Assembly (NCBI GenBank): GCA_043228905.1
Contig: JBHGNT010000002.1
Span: 15,004,001-15,068,000 of the forward strand
Length of the DNA: 64,000 bases
From: Azolla caroliniana
Taxonomy: Eukaryota; Plantae; Polypodiophyta
Reading direction: 5' to 3'
Of the stretch, positions 37,664-52,322 are shown one piece after another (the stretch's first letter is position 1; each line of letters starts with the position of its first letter). The position numbers and the translations under genes are program-made. The notes under the pieces were generated by a model. It was not told the DNA's origin. It saw only the letters and a list, made by a program, of their open reading frames with translations, and did no database searches.

Positions 37664-40600
37664 TGTCGCGTTACTACGCGCGTGCATGGAGAAACGAGGC
37701 GGGACCACCGGGGTCTTGAACCGAAGAGCAGGTGATAGGAGGGGAAAGAGAAAGAGAGAGACGACCGGTTATGTATGAGCAAAGAAACACAGGGACACGG
37801 CCCGTCAATGCAGAAAACACGAATGGACACAGAGACAGAGAGACACGAATGTTTGTATATTAACAAATGACACAAAACAACACAGCACGCGAGCGGTTAC
37901 AACCGAACAGGCCGGCGAACAGATGTCGATGCCTGCTCGTCTGCGCACGAAAGGGGATAGGATGGAGGTGTTGCCGGAAGCACACGGGCGTTCCTCAAAG
38001 CAGCGCGAGCCTCCCGAAATCCTGTAGAGAAGAGCGATGGAGAATGAACAGAGGAGAAGCGTTCGGTTACGGTCCAACAGCACTTCGTCCTCCCTCTCTT
38101 TTATAGCTTCAAGAAGGGAGCCGCTCCCCTCATTAACTTCCTACCTACCGAATCTAACTACCTGGGATATGCCTTTGTACCTAATCCTCTATTATATACA
38201 TTAAAGGGCGCGCACGCGTGAAGAGCCGGTTCACGCGCGCTATACACCGATTGCGCTAAGGGACGGTTTTCTTCACGACATCCGCCCCGACCTAACCGCG
38301 CATCCACCGGTATGCGCCAAAATTGGGTTCTGGTTGGAGAAAACCGGTCCTAGTTCCGGTTCTTCGTCCATCGGCTCGTCCTCCGTTTAGGACTGTTCGT
38401 CGTCGCTGTCCAGGCCCCTTAGATCCGGTTCGCCGTCGTGGCGCTTCTTGAACGCTTTGATCCACTTCCCTGCCACCGGTATCGCCATCCTTGAACCGTC
38501 GAGTTCCCCCAGGTGATACGTCCCGTTGTCGTTGGCGCTTGTTACCACGTAAGGCCCGAACCACTGGTTTGCAAACTTCCGTGTTGCCCGGTGCTGGTTG
38601 TCGAGGCTGCTGTCGTAGACTAGCACCCAGTCGCCGTCCTCGGTTTTCTTTGGTCGGAGCCGGTGCGTTCGGTCAAACCGGGCTTTGTCCTTCATCCTCG
38701 CCGTCCGAAGTCTTTCCGCCGCTCGCTCCACATCCTCTGGCCTCCGCTCGAGCTGCCGTATACGTGTCGCTAGCAGTTCTTCCCGGCTCATCTCGTCTCT
38801 CCAGTCCACTGTCGCCCAAGAGGAGATCGTCCATTCCAACGGCATGATCGGCTTCTATCCGAACATGAGCTCTGACGGCATGAACCCGGTTACCGAACTG
38901 TGCGTTGTCCGGTACGCCCACAAGGCATAAGGTAACAGTCGTGGCCAGTTCCCGACCTGGCCTCCACATGCCCGGACTAGCGCTTTGACGATCGGTCCGT
39001 GTCCGCGCTCCACCTTCCCGTTCGCCTCCGGATTGTACGTTGTGGTGAGCGAGAGCTTGACCCCTAACCGGTCGAACAGCGCCTCGACCTCTTCGGCGTC
39101 CAACCCCCCGCGGTCAGCCACGATCTTCCCGACGCACTCGTACCGGCATATCACGTCCTCGATCAAAAACCAACACACGGCCGCGGTGGTTTTGTTCTGC
39201 AGGGCTCGGCCTTCCACCTGGTTCGTCAGGTCCTCCCGGGCCAGCACCAGATATCGCATCTGCCCTACGCCCATCGGCATCGTCACCAAATCTACCATCC
39301 ATTTGAAGTGGATGGCCAGAGGGTATGTAGGGTGAAGCTCGTGCCGATGTCAGACTATGGAGTGTATCTGACAGCTCTCACAAGTTGTCACGAACCGATG
39401 CACGTCCCGGTACAGTCCCAGCCACCAGTACTTCCCCTTTAGTTTCTCGAACGTGGCCCACGTCCCACGGTGTCCAGCCCAAGGGCTGTCGTGGTAGGCC
39501 TTCAGCAACTCCTCCTGTTCCTCCTTCATCGCCACTACTCGGAGCGGGATGTCGTTTCTCTTCTTCGGGTGCTTCCACAAGTATCCATCCCGGAGATAGA
39601 ATCGGTACGCTTTCTTCCGGATCCGGTTGGCCTCGTTCTTTGTCCATGACGCATCCGGCATCATGGTCCTTCAGAATCCCCCAATCTGCAGCCACTCCTC
39701 GTCGTACTTGCTCTCGTTGAAATCGTTAAGCGCCGGAGTGCTCCCCCCCTTGGTTGTTACGTAAGCCGCCTCAAAGAAGTCCACGCCGACTTCCTCGTCC
39801 TCCGAAACCATGACGCCCTCGTCGTCGAATCGCGCCCTTGAAAGCATGTCGGCCATGGCATTGTCTTTCCCGGAAATGTGTTGTATTTCCGGGCACAGGG
39901 ACTTGATGTACGCTATTCACCTGAGCATTGCCAGGTCCGGGGTTGCGCATCCGGAAACCATGCCGAGAATCGGCAGGCAGTTCGTCTCGATAATCACTTC
40001 TATCCCGATCAGATAGTCTTTATCGGCCTTCACCGCCGAAACGATACCCCAGAGTTCGCGTTTAACCTGGGCGTATCCTCGCTGTCGCTCGCTGAGGACC
40101 TTCGCGCCGAACTGGATTGGGAACCGAATGCCGTCCTCATCTTCTTGGTTGACGACCCATCTGATCCCGGTCGGACTCGTATCTATCATCATGTAGATGG
40201 GAGTACCTTTCTCGTAGACAGCCTTCCGGAGTGCCGGAGCTGCAGCAAGAGCCTCCTTCATCTTTCGGACCGACTCCGTATGCTCGTCCCGCCACTCGAA
40301 TTTTTACCCCTTTTTCAGCAACCCGTATAGCGGCTCGGCAACGTGGGCGTAATGCGGGATCCATATGTGGTAGAAAGCGCATGCTCCCAAGAACCTCCGT
40401 ACCTCCGTGACCGAGTTACAGTCGGGCTTCATTGCGGAGATGGCTTCTACCTTAGCCGGAGACGGTTTCCGGCCATACGGTCCGCATAGATGTCCGACGA
40501 CCATGATCTCTGATTGCCCGAAGGCCGATTTCTCCCCGGAAAAGGTGAGCCTCGCGTCCTCTAGCCTCTGCAGCACCCTCTCGCATTCGTCAATGTGTGT

Positions 40601-43600
40601 CGCCACGAATTTCCGGCATCCGTCCGGTCCGATCGTTTCGTCCCTTTTTTCCACCGGACATCCCTTGATCGGGATGTCGTCCAAGAATGGCATGGTGATG
40701 TTCGGGATTAAATCCCTTAGCACCTTGTTCATCGCATTCACCATGTGGGCCACCGAGTTCGTCCCTCCTTGTGGCAGGGTACACATCCGTACTAGGCCGA
40801 GAGGAGTCCGCATCGTCATAATGTCTCTGCTCTCTACGGCTAGTTGGAACTGATCGTACGCCGAGTACAGATCACCGACTGAGTACATCGACCTTCTGGC
40901 GAAGGCCTCCGCGAACTTGTCTATCGTTGGTCCGATTCCTGCATTCCGAATGGTCACTCTGTTGACCGGTTGCAGGTCTTGAATGAAGCGCAACGTCCCG
41001 TTCTTCTTCGGTACGGTAAACCACCGGTTCGAGTACGGGGCACTCGACGGTTCGAGGATGCCCATATCGACTTTCTGTCTCAATAGCTCCATCAGCTCCG
41101 GGATGTGAGCTCTCGGTACCGAAATTGGTTTGAGATTCCACGGCACATGCGGTACCGTGAATATCACCATCGGCTTCACGACTGTCGGGTCTATGCACCC
41201 GATCTCTTCCGGTGAGAATGCGAAGGATTTCCCGTGCCTTCCGAGCATTCTCCGAAACCGGTCTTCTTCCGCCGGCAGTAGGAAACCGCCCCCACCGATT
41301 TTGAGCTTCCGTAGCGTTCTGTCGGTGAAGGTGTGTCCTATGCAGGCCGGATCTCGTAAACTGGGGTTCGACGCGACCCCCTTGATTCGCAACTCGCTGC
41401 CCTCCAGTAAGGGTGCCGCGACTGGCCTTACCTTCCGGTCCACAGTCTTGTACTTCGTGTTAACCCGGGCCGTCCGATCCGACTCGAGCCCCCGACTGAA
41501 GTCCGCGATGACTTCATACATCTCTTCTGAACAAACCGGTATCGTCCGGTCCTCTTTAAGGTCTTCTCCGACCACCTCTCGCAGTATTCCCAAGGTATCG
41601 TCGAAGGAGACCGCCTCCACAGCTCCGTTGATTTCCTCGTTGGGCCCGAGAACTCCGCACGCCCGAAGTCGCTCTTCCGTCCTTGTCTTTTCTTGGCCAA
41701 CGACGCCGACTATCGTACACCCTCCGTTGTTGGAGAAACAAAACTTCCTACTTATGGTACAAGGTTTCTTCGGTTTCGCCTCTATCGTACATTTGTGGGG
41801 TTTTCCCGGAGTGTCTGGACTGTCGCGGCCCCACGCCTTCACAGCCCTCTTTAAAAATCCTCTCGGTTCTCGCCACCGAGGGACTCACGGTTTCGCTCGT
41901 GGTTCGGTCGCACCATTAGGAACTAGACCGAATGACACCCGTCCTGACTTTTGACCCTCAAGTAAGCCGACCCGTTGTCCAACACCTTGGTCTCCATCCG
42001 CGTTGCGGCAATGTACGGTTCTCCCAGTATGACCGGGTGCGAGGACGTCTCCTGCACAAAGAAGTGCTGATCTATATCGACATCGCCAATCTTGACTCGC
42101 ACGTTTGGGCAGGCCCCGTGTAGTTCCTCGATGGCGCGCGTCGCCGCCCGTATCTTCCACCCGTGCTTGGTGTTGATCGGCCATTTCCCCTTCTTGTAGA
42201 AGTCCATGGACATCAGGTTTATTTCTTAACCGTGGTCCACCAGCGCTACCACCGGTTCCTGAACATCTCCGATCTTTACCGAGGTTTCCGTGGTCACTCG
42301 GGCCCAGTGTGGCCTCAAGTAGTGGCTCTCCGCCCACTCGTCTTCCAGCGCCATGTCCTCCATGTGTGTCGTCTGCACCTCCACCGGCCTTTCCGGTTCG
42401 GTCTCCATCGACAGCCTCTTCCTCTTCACCAAGTGTAAGATGGAGTCGCGGAACTCCTTCTTGGCGATTCCGAGCACCTCCCGCAACAACAGCTCCACCT
42501 TGCTATCGAGGACTCGTTCTTCCAGGACCTTTCGTAGGTCCGTGGTCCCTTCGATCTTCGTGCCCAATTGTTATCCACCCTTCTTGTGGTTATCCCGGGC
42601 ACTGGTCTCACCGGTCTCGTTCTGTTTCGGCCTGAATCGGGTTTCGTATCTCTGTGAGGGTTCAGCCCCTCCGGTTTTACCTACCCGTTTGTCTTCAACC
42701 AGAGCCTCGTAGTTCTGGCAAGCTGCTTCGACGAAACCCGTCTTTTCTTCGACCGGGTCACTCCACCCAGTTACCTCCTGGACCCGCTTCTCCGCGCGGT
42801 CCGCCTCGTCTTTCTTTAGTCGGGCACCGGCGAGGCCTTCCAGCACCGTCGGCCAGAACCCGGCTTTGCTCTCCTTCTGGGCCTCGCTGCCACCGACCCG
42901 AATACCGGCCGATGCCGAGTAGTGGAAAGTTTCCGCGTGCCGGGCCGCCGCCTCTTCCATCAGCTTTTTCATTCCTCCTCGACCGTCATTTCGGTTCAGG
43001 GCCCTCCGGGTATCGCTGGCGTGCACCCGACCTTCCCACAGGTACACTACCCGGCTTCTCAAAGCCTCCACAAAGTCCCTGCAGTCTTTCCGGATGTGGC
43101 CGACCTCGTCGCACCACATGCACCTATTTCCTGCCGGAGGCCGTCGGTCACGAGCCTGTTCGCCACCTTCCCTCCGAGCCTGGGTGATCTGGAGATCCTT
43201 CACCGCCCGTGTCAACTCCTCCAAAGTTGTCCCCCCAGACGAGCCTCTGACCACGCCGGTCGAAGCCGAACCGGTTTCAAGCCACTCCCGGGTCTCTTCC
43301 CGTCCCGCTTGCGGTATCGGTTCGAGCTTCCTTGCTGCGACAGGAACCGCCCCTGTATCAGCCCACTCCCACCGTTTGTCAAAATGGCTGCAGACTCTTT
43401 TTAGCGCGGCCCAGTCGGCCGTCAGCCCATCTTCGATTTCCAGTAAGGAGCCCACTTGCTCCCGATCCCGTGCGTCAACCGATTTGACAAACAGTAGGAC
43501 ACGACTTGTGTCTAGAACGGTCCGATCGAGCGCCGAAAGGCGCGCAAACCGATCCTCAAACTCCCGAAGGAGTGCCGACGCATTTCTTCCTTTGTCGGGG

Positions 43601-44659
43601 GACTCCACCCACTCCATGAAGCCCCGCTTCGAAAGTCGAAGCGCGTCATCCAGCCCGTATTTCTCCAGGAGCCGTCCTTCGAACTCCTCCCAGGTCCGGC
43701 TCTCCACCCGGACCTCGAGCACCTCCGCATGGATGCCCGACATCGCCACTCGAGGGAATCCGGCAAGACGCCTCTCTTCCGGAATATCCCTCATCAACAT
43801 CTCCGCCCGGTAGGACGCCAAATAACTCGTGGCATCCTTTCCACTGAACCGGCCGATCATACCGACGATCGCCTCAATAGCCCTGTCAAGGGCGCCGGTG
43901 CCCTCGCGCGCGCTCACTATCCGGTCCACGGCTGAAGCCATGGCCTCTCCAAGATCCGACCCCCTCATCTTCTGCTCCTCTGCCGCCTTTCACGTCGGGT
44001 TCACCAAATATGTCGTGTTACTACGCGCGTGCGTGGAGAAACGAGGCGGGACCACCGGGGTCTTGAACCGAAGAGCAGGTGATAGGAGGGGAAAGAGAAA
44101 GAGAGAGACGACCGGTTACGTATGAGGAAAGAAACACAGGGACACGGCCCGTCAACGCAGAAAACACGAATGGACACAGAGACAGAGAGACACGAATGTT
44201 TGTATATTAACAAATGACACAAAACAACACAGCACGCGAGCGGTTACAACCGAACAAGCCAGCAAACAGATGTTGATGCTTGCTCGTCTGCGCACGAAAG
44301 GGGATAGGATGGAGGTGCTGCCGGAAGCACACGAGCGTTCCTCAAAGCAGCGCGAGCCTCCCGAAATCCTGCAGAGAAGAGCGATGGAGAATGAACAGAG
44401 GAGAAGCGTTCGGTTACGGTCCGACAGCACTTCGTCCTCCTCAATGCGCGATCCCTTTCTCCCCGCGCCTCCCTCTCTTTTATAGCTTCAAGAAGGGAGC
44501 CGCTCCCCTCATTAACTTCCTACCTACCGAATCTAACTACCTGGGATATGCCTTTGTACCTAATCCTCTATTATATACATTAAAGGGCGCGCACGCGTGA
44601 AGAGCCGGTTCACGCGCGCTATACACCGATTGCACTAAGGGACGGTTTTCTTCACAACA
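37664..44659 (-). mobile_element. Full-length Gypsy element F (tRNA-Trp-primed); LTRs 37664-38280 and 44011-44659
   Basis: Direct LTRs, PBS tggtgaacccgacgtga (43990-44006), short PPT, 4-bp flanks atgt/acgt. Confidence 0.95.
38387..43968 (-). pseudogene. gag-pol of F
   Basis: CMWCDEVGH, FIQDLQPVN, PFLDDIP, HDSPWAGH, YNPEANGKVER; several stops and frameshifts. Confidence 0.93.
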
Positions 44660-45736
44660 ACGTTGTTTGTGATGGCCTGGCAATGGTTGCGCGTGTCCTC
44701 CATCGACTTTTGGAGGTTTACAATTTCTTGTTGTTTAACCACCGCCGCTTATTCGTACGTGGCCTTCAAGCCCGCCCACAGCTGGGATTCCTTTGCATGT
44801 TGTTCTTCTAATTTCCCCATTTCATTGTTTAGGCAGATTTCGAGCTGATGCCTTCTTTCCTGTTCGACCACCAGCCACTCGTCGAACCATACCTTCTTTT
44901 TCTCTAATAAGGCCCGAAGTCTTGCGATTGCCGCCTCCGATTTCTTCGCTTCATCCTGTAATTGGGCATTTTCGTCTTTTGTCTGAATGTGCTGAGCTAC
45001 CTCCGTAGCGAGTTTCTCTTCAAGGATTTTTACTGCCTTCCGGCGGTTAGCCTGGATCTCCTTTTCTTTGTGTGAGGATTGGCGCAGTTAAGCTTGAAGG
45101 CGGTCAATTTCTAATTCCGCAAGTTGCACGACCCTTTTTGCTTTCGAGGCGATGGCGGTTTGAGCCTCAATTTCTTTCTTCAAAGAGTCGATGGCGTGGT
45201 TTGGTGGTGGAGTTGTGTGTTGCGTTGTAGTCGTGTTAACTTCCAACTCTGCGATGCGTTCGTTGGCTTTTTGCAACTCGGCTTGGGTCATTTTAATCTT
45301 CTTCGAGACATTCTTATTTTTAATGCCCATCTCCTTGGCGCCCGTGCTGACCTTTGCCAGTTCCATATGGACTTCATCTAGGGCCGTGTTTAATGGGGGT
45401 AGCTCCATCCCTACTCAGTGTACCTCGGTGTTCCTCTATCTGCCGACCCTGGCTAGCCGGTCCTCATTGTCGCTGTCCACCGTTTGTGTCAGGGCGCGCT
45501 CGATCATCTGGCGTTGTGCGTGCTCCTCGGCCATTCGTTGGGAGGCTTTTATCTGTTGTGTTGCTAGGAATTCCATGATCTCAAAAGAGGTTCCGAATTG
45601 TAAGAGGGCGTTGAACTCATGGCCCGTATCCAAGATATCTGGATATGCCAACACCTCGCTTTCCGCCGTCAATACGGCTTTCCCTCATTGGGACTGGGTC
45701 GTAATGATCGGTCGTGGTTCCCGGATGATTTCGAAG
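44660..45736 (-). pseudogene. Coiled-coil middle segment of E's extra 3' ORF
   Basis: Charged, heptad-rich ORFs 45088-45408 and 45436-45672 lying between nested insertions. Confidence 0.6.
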
Positions 45737-46222
45737 TGACGGAAACTCGGCATTCCTTATGCGCAACGCTCGGCCACAACCGAGCTTAGAATGATACACA
45801 GAAAACAGGAAATAAAACACGACACAAAGGAGAGGAAGATACACACACACTACACAGGAGGTTTACGTGGAAAACCCCAAACTAGGGGAAAAACCACGGC
45901 AGCCCACAGGCTACAAACTGTCACTATGTAGGAATATACAACAGTGAGTTCACTGAGGCAACGACCTCGTCTCTCACAGATCTTCGCCACAGGCGGCGGT
46001 TACAACAAAGGCAACTACCTCGTCTCTCTCTCTCACTCTGTACAGTTACACACTCTCTCTTCTTCTTGCATCAACAAGAAAAAATGACAACAACCACAAA
46101 CAAAGGTTTGCCCTAAGTCATATTTATACTAATATGACTTTTCGGCTATTTACAAATATAGCCTCAATGGGCTCTCAGAAACATATTTACGAATATGTCT
46201 CTTCCTCCGGTTCTCACCGGTT

Positions 46223-46535
46223 CTGCACCATCCGGCTCTTCGTAGCCGGGTACTCCTCATCCGGTCTTCACATCAGGCCTGCACCATCCGGCTCTCCGTA
46301 GCCGGGTACTCCTCATCCGGTCTTCACACCGGGCCTGCACCATCCGGCTCTCCGTAGCCGGGTACTCCTCATCCGGTCTTCACCGGGCCTGCACCATCCG
46401 GCTTTCCGTAGCAGGGTACTCCTCATCCGGTCTTCACCGGGCCTGCACCATCCGGCTCTCCGTAGCCGAGTACTCCTGATCCGGTCTTCACCGGGTCTGT
46501 ATCATCCGGCTCTCCGTAGCCCGGTTCTCCTCATA
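46223..46535. repeat. 54-56-bp U3 tandem repeat: 5 full copies here, 3 in the 5' LTR
   Basis: ctgcaccatccggctctccgtagccgggtactcctcatccggtcttca units. Confidence 0.9.
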
Positions 46536-49500
46536 CCATTTTGGCCTCGGCCGAGTTTGTTTGTCGGCACTGTTCTTCTCCCTTCCCATCCGGAGGGACC
46601 TGTCTCCCAACAAACTCCCCCTTCACTCCGGCATGGGGTTTCTTACCAGTCCGATTCTCTTCCGGCATGCATCCAGCTTGTCAGGTGTCAGCACTTTGGT
46701 AAGCATATCTGACCCGTTCTCGGCCGTGTGGATCTTCGTCAGTGCGAACTCCTGATCATCTACTCTTTCCCGGATCCAGTGATATCTTCGCTGGATATGC
46801 TTCGTCCGAGAATGGTAGGCCGCATTCTTAGCAAGGTGGATGGCACTTTGACTGTCGCAATAGAGTCGGTATTCCTCTTGTCGTATACCGAGCTCTCCGA
46901 TGAAGTCCTTCATCCATAAAATTTCCTTGCCGGCTTCCACAGCCGCCATGTACTCCGCCTCTGTGGTTGACAATGCAACCGTCTTCTGCAGCCTCGACTG
47001 CCACGAAACAGCTCCCCCTCCATATGTCATCACATACCCGGATGTAGACCGGCTGGTATCCACATCAGCCGACATGTCCGAATCGGTGAAACCGTCCAGT
47101 TGAGGTTTTCCGGAGCCAAATCGGAGACACATATTTGAAGTGCCCTTCAAATAACGGAGTATCCATTTGACCGCGTTCCAGTGCTCCTTGCCGGGATTAC
47201 TCATGAACCGGCTCACCACTCCGACTGCGTATCCTATATCCGGTCGGGTACACACCATTGCGTACATCAAGCTCCCGACGGTAGAGGCATATGGAATCTT
47301 CATCATATCTTCCTTCTCTCCTTTCGTCTTCGGGCTTTGCTTGCCGGACAGCTTGCAGTTTCCCGGAAGTGTCGATCCGACCGGTTTTGCTTCTGACATG
47401 TTGAACCGGTGAAGCACCTTTGTCACATACTTCTCCTGTGACAGCCATAATTGCTTCACTGACCGGTCCTGAATGATGTGCATCCGTAACATCTATCTTG
47501 CCGGACCCAAGTCTTTCATTGAGAAGGTCCGGTTGAGAGCCTTCTTCAACATCCGTATTTTGACTTGGTCACGTCCGACGATCAACATGTCATCCACGTA
47601 TAGGAGGAGTATTAACAAGTTGCCTCCTTCGAACTTCTTCACAAACACACAGTGATCGGCCTGTGTCTTGTGGTACCCTTGATCGGTCATGAAGGAGTCA
47701 AACTTCCGGTACCATTGCCGGGGAGCCTGCTTCAGTCCGTACAGGCTCTTCTTCAAACGGCATACCAGGTGCTGCTTCCCTTTCTCCACGAATCCTTCCG
47801 GTTGCTGCATGTAGATCTCCTCTTCGAGGTCGCCGTGAAGGAATGCCGTCTTCACGTCCAGCTGCTCTACCTCGAGGTCCATGCTTGCTACTATACTCAG
47901 CACCGTCCAGATGGAGGTCATCTTTACTACCGGGGCAAATATCTCGTTGAAGTCCATGCCCTTCTTCTGCTGGAACCCCTTCACCACGATCCTGGCTTTG
48001 TATCTCGGGGGGTTGCCGGCATCTCCCGGTTTCAACTTGTACACCCACTTATTTCAGAGTGCCCGCTTTCCTTTCGGCAGCTCTACCAATTCGTACGTAT
48101 GGTTCTCATGCAGGGAATCCATCTCGTCCTGCATGGCACTTAACCATTTTCGGTTGTGGGTGTCTTCCTTCGCTTCTTTGAAGCTTTTCGGCTCCCCCTC
48201 ATCGGTTAACAGAACATGCTCTGCATCCGGAAATCTCCGGGGGGCCCTTCTCTCTCTGAGAGGATATCTCCGTCTTCAGGCTTCGGTAACCGGCTCCTCC
48301 ATTTGCTCTTCATCCGAATCCGATTCGGGGTCTTGGCCGGTTCCGGTCTCAGCTTCCTCTACCTCTTCATCTGCCGATTCGGTATCCTCACTGTAGCCGG
48401 CTGGTTCCTCGAGTGTTAACCGATCTCTTGCCGGTTGGGTCTACTCATCGTAGAGTCTATCCTTACCGGTCGACTCGAAGTTCATTATCTTCTTCTCCGA
48501 CTCCCAGTCGGCGAGCGTCTTGTTCTCCATGAAGATAATATCTCGACTCCGGAATACCTTCTTGTCGACCAGGTCCCACACTCGGTAGCCGAACTCATCG
48601 TCACCGTAACCGAGGAATATGCATGGCTGGGTCTTTGGATCTAACTTTCCTCTCCGGTCCTTTGCTACATGCACGTACGTGAGACACCCGAACACCTTCA
48701 GATGTCGGTAGGACACTTCCTTACCGGTCCATACTCTCTGTGGCGTGTCTCCGTCCAAGGGTACTGAGGGTGATCTATTTATCACGTATGTCGCCGTAGA
48801 CAGTGCCTCAGCCCAAAACTTCTTGGGTAGTTTTGCATGCGCTAGCATACTCCGGACCCTCTCCATTATGGTCCGGTTCATCCTCTCGGCCAGTCCGTTT
48901 AGTTCCAGCGTCTTCGGCACGGTAAATTCGAGCCAGATTCCCTTCGAGCGGCAGTACTCCTCGAACTGTCCCCGGTATTCTCCTCCATTGTCTGCTCGAA
49001 CCGCCTTCAGCTTCTGGCCGGTTTCTCTTTCCACTCTCACGTGGAGCTCTTTGAAGACGGATAACACCTGATCCTTCGTCTTCAGCGGTGTAGCCCACAG
49101 CTTCCGGCTGTGGTCATCTATGAACGTCACGAAGTACTGTGCTCCGGCATGTGACTTCGTGTCTACTTGACAAACATCCGTATGCACCAACTCCAGTGGT
49201 GCATTACGTCTCATCGGTGGCCTTGGTCGGAAGGAGGTCCGGTTCTGCTTACCGGCCAGACAATCAGTGCACTTCTCTAAGTGCACGTTCTTCACTGGAA
49301 TGAGGTTGTCTTCTGCAAGCCTCTTCATCCCCTTCTCACTCATGTGACATAGCCTCTTGTGCCACAGCTCACCGGCAGTGTCGGAAGCCACGTTCACTTC
49401 TTCCGGACATAACCGGGCATTCATCAGGTACAGTGTGTTTACCTCCGGGCCCGAGCCACAATCAAGCTCCCTTTGTTGAACTTCATGACACCGTTCCGGA

Positions 49501-49957
49501 TGCTACCCGTGTAGCCTTCATCATCTAGCCGACCAGCTGATATCAAGTTCAGACGAACTTCCGGAACGTGTCGGACATCCTTCATCAGCAACTTGCATCC
49601 GGTTAGTGTTGTCAGCCACACGTCTCCTATACCAACAATTCGGCATGTTCCTTCATTCCCCATCCGGACACAGCCGTGATCACCGGCTGAATAGGATGAG
49701 AAGCATTTCCGGTCCGGGGTAAGGTGGAACGACGCTCCGGAGTCTACCACCCAGGTCATCTCGTCGCCGGCAAGGTTTATCTCACTCTCCTCGGTGATGA
49801 GCATCAACTCCTCTTCACTTGCCGCGATTGCCGTCGTTCCCTTCCGGTCCGGCCCCCTCCGGTCTTTACCGTTCCGGTCCGGGGTTTGCTTCGAATCGGT
49901 ACCGTCGGTTTCCTTGTCTTTACGGAAATGCCGACAGTTCTTTTGGAAGTGACCGGG

Positions 49958-50843
49958 TGTCGTGAAGGATTTGCTTCACGATATAAAAATAAATTTAAAT
50001 ATAGAATTCAATAATATTTCAAACACTTGAACCTACAACCTTATAAGCCAAGCACAATGTATATACCAATAGGGTAAGCTATTTGTTTTTAGAAATGTTG
50101 TCAAGAATGTGCTTCACTATATAAGAATAAACTTAAATATTGTATTCAGTAAAGTTGAGGGACTTGAACCCTCAACCTTGTATATCAAGCACAAAAGCAT
50201 ACACCACTAAGCTAGGCTATTTGTTTTAAAGTTATATCCATCATTATACTTATCCCAATACATGGGAGCTCAAATGAGCATGATGGCTATCATGCATCAC
50301 ATGCAATGCATGTGCGCCAAATGGCGATCATGCATAAGATGTAACTCATGCATTACATGAATGCCATTACCATATGCATGGAAATACTTATAAAAAGAGG
50401 GACAAGGAAAACAAGAAGGGAAAGCAAGAGAAAGTTAGAGAAATAAGATACTCAAAGAAACAAACAAGTTAGCTTGTTGGTGAAGAGGCTCGTGTTTCAA
50501 AGTTGGAGTCAAGAGTTCGAATCAAGGGTCGGTAGAGAAAGGGTTCATCTTGCTACCAAACATTGTAAAGTTGGTAAAATCTTGTATTCGTAATATACAT
50601 CATGTTCATATCATATACTTTTTTGTCTTAAATCATACTTTGTCTCTATCTTGCGTCTTGAATCATACATTGCCTCTATCTTTTATCTATACTAGTCTCT
50701 CTCTCACACATATTACTTTAAACTATTATTCTTCATATCCTTTATCTTCCTAACATTTGCGTGCAAGCCTAATAAAAGTTCCTTCAACTCCCCTTAACCT
50801 TAGTCCCTGCGACCTCGCCGCACGAACCACAACTACCCCGACA
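49958..50843 (+). mobile_element. Solo Gypsy LTR K in the zinc-knuckle codons of J
   Basis: tgtcg...cgaca ends, flanks cggg/ccgg; removal restores CFYCGKPGHFQKNC. Confidence 0.85.
50154..50219 (-). other. tRNA-like cassette in K (degenerate tandem copy at 50021-50081)
   Basis: TAGCTTAGTGG A box; GAGGG-TTCAAGT-CCCTC T arm; TTGTG/TACAA arm with a 7-nt loop. Confidence 0.75.
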
Positions 50844-52322
50844 CCGGCTTGCCGCAATAGAAGCAAGTGGGCCTCCCCCTTGACTTTGACCGTGTCCCCA
50901 ACTTCTCCCGGTTCTGGGGACTACGGTTTCTATGTCTTCCGCGTTCCGATTCAGTAAGAAGCGCTTTGGATTCGGAGCTCGTATCTTTGTCTTTCAGACG
51001 CGCCTCCTCCTCTAGCATGCTCGACTTTACTCTTGCTAGGGATAACCGTTTTCCTTCCGGCCCAGCGTTGCCCAAAGTGACAACCAACGTCTCCCAGCTA
51101 TCCGGGAGGGAACCGAGCAGGAGTAGCGCTATTACTTCATCGGCAAGAGGTACTTCCAATGACGTTGCCTGGTGTATCAGCCCCTGGAAGGCATTCATAT
51201 GCTCCGCCATGCTGGAGCCATCTTGGTACCGGAGTCTTACTAGCTTCCGGAATACCGAAACCTGATTAACATCACTTTTGTTTTGGAACATTATGCCGAT
51301 CTTCTCCCAGAGCTCATGAGCCTTGCTCTCTTCATTGAAGTTGTTGTACAGGCTCATGTCAATGAAGCACCTCCCATATCGCGGCGTCGATTTTGTCCGG
51401 TCTCTTGTCCCCGAACTGAACCGGCAGCCAGAGGTCTTTAACGACGAGCATGTCCCTCATCTTCGACTTCCACACTGAATAGTTGGAGCCGGTGAGCTTG
51501 AACATGCAGCCAAACGATTCGTCCATTTTCTGTGTCGATTTCGCTCTGATACCAATTGACGGAAACTCGGCGTTCCTTATGCGCAACGCTCGGCCACAAC
51601 CAAGCTTAGAATGATACACAGAAAACGGGAAATAAAACACGACACAAAGGAGAGGAAGATACACACACACTACACAGGAGGTTTACGTGGAAAACCCCAA
51701 ACTAGGGGAAAAACCATGGCAGCCCACAGGCTACAAACTGTCACTATGTAGGAATATACAACAGTGAGTTCACTGAGGCAACGACCTCGTCTCTCACAGA
51801 TCTTCGCCACAGGCGGCGGTTACAACAGAGGCAACTACCTCGTCTCTCTCTCTCACTCTGTACAGTTACACACTCTCTCTTCTTCTTGCATCAACAAGAA
51901 AAAACGACAACAACAACAAACAAAGGTTTGCCCTAAGTCATATTTATACTAATATGACTTTTCGGCTATTTACAAATATAGCCTCGATGGGCTCTCAGAA
52001 ACATATTTACGAATATGTCTCTTCCTCCGGTTCTCACCGGTTCTGCACCATCCGGCTCTCCGTAGCCGGGTACTCCTCATCCGGTCTTCACACCGGGCCT
52101 GCACCATCCGGCTTTCCGTAGCCGGGTATTCCTCATCCGGTCTTCACCGGGCCTGCACCATCCGGCTCTCCGTAGCCGGGTACTCCTCATCCGGTCTTCA
52201 CCGGGTCTGTATCATCCGGCTCTCCGTAGCCGGGTTCTCCTCATATCGTTTTGGCCTCGGCCGAGTTTGTTCGTCGGCACTGTTCTTCTCCCTTCCCATC
52301 CGGAGGGACCTGTCTCCCAACA

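Larger units (their letters stand above)
46623..51526 (-). pseudogene. Copia polyprotein of J, interrupted by K
   Basis: WVVDSGAS, LWHKRLCH, DNGGEY, QLDVKTAFLHG, LYVDDML, RTKHI. Confidence 0.95.
45737..52322 (-). mobile_element. Full-length Copia J (Tork/Tto1-like); LTRs 45737-46612 and 51557-52322
   Basis: TSD CGAAG; PBS tggtatcagagc (iMet); PPT; gag-PR-INT-RT-RH order. Confidence 0.95.

Noticed and set aside
50154-50219. Functional tRNA gene
   Set aside because: No acceptor stem and a weak D arm; reported as a tRNA-like cassette instead
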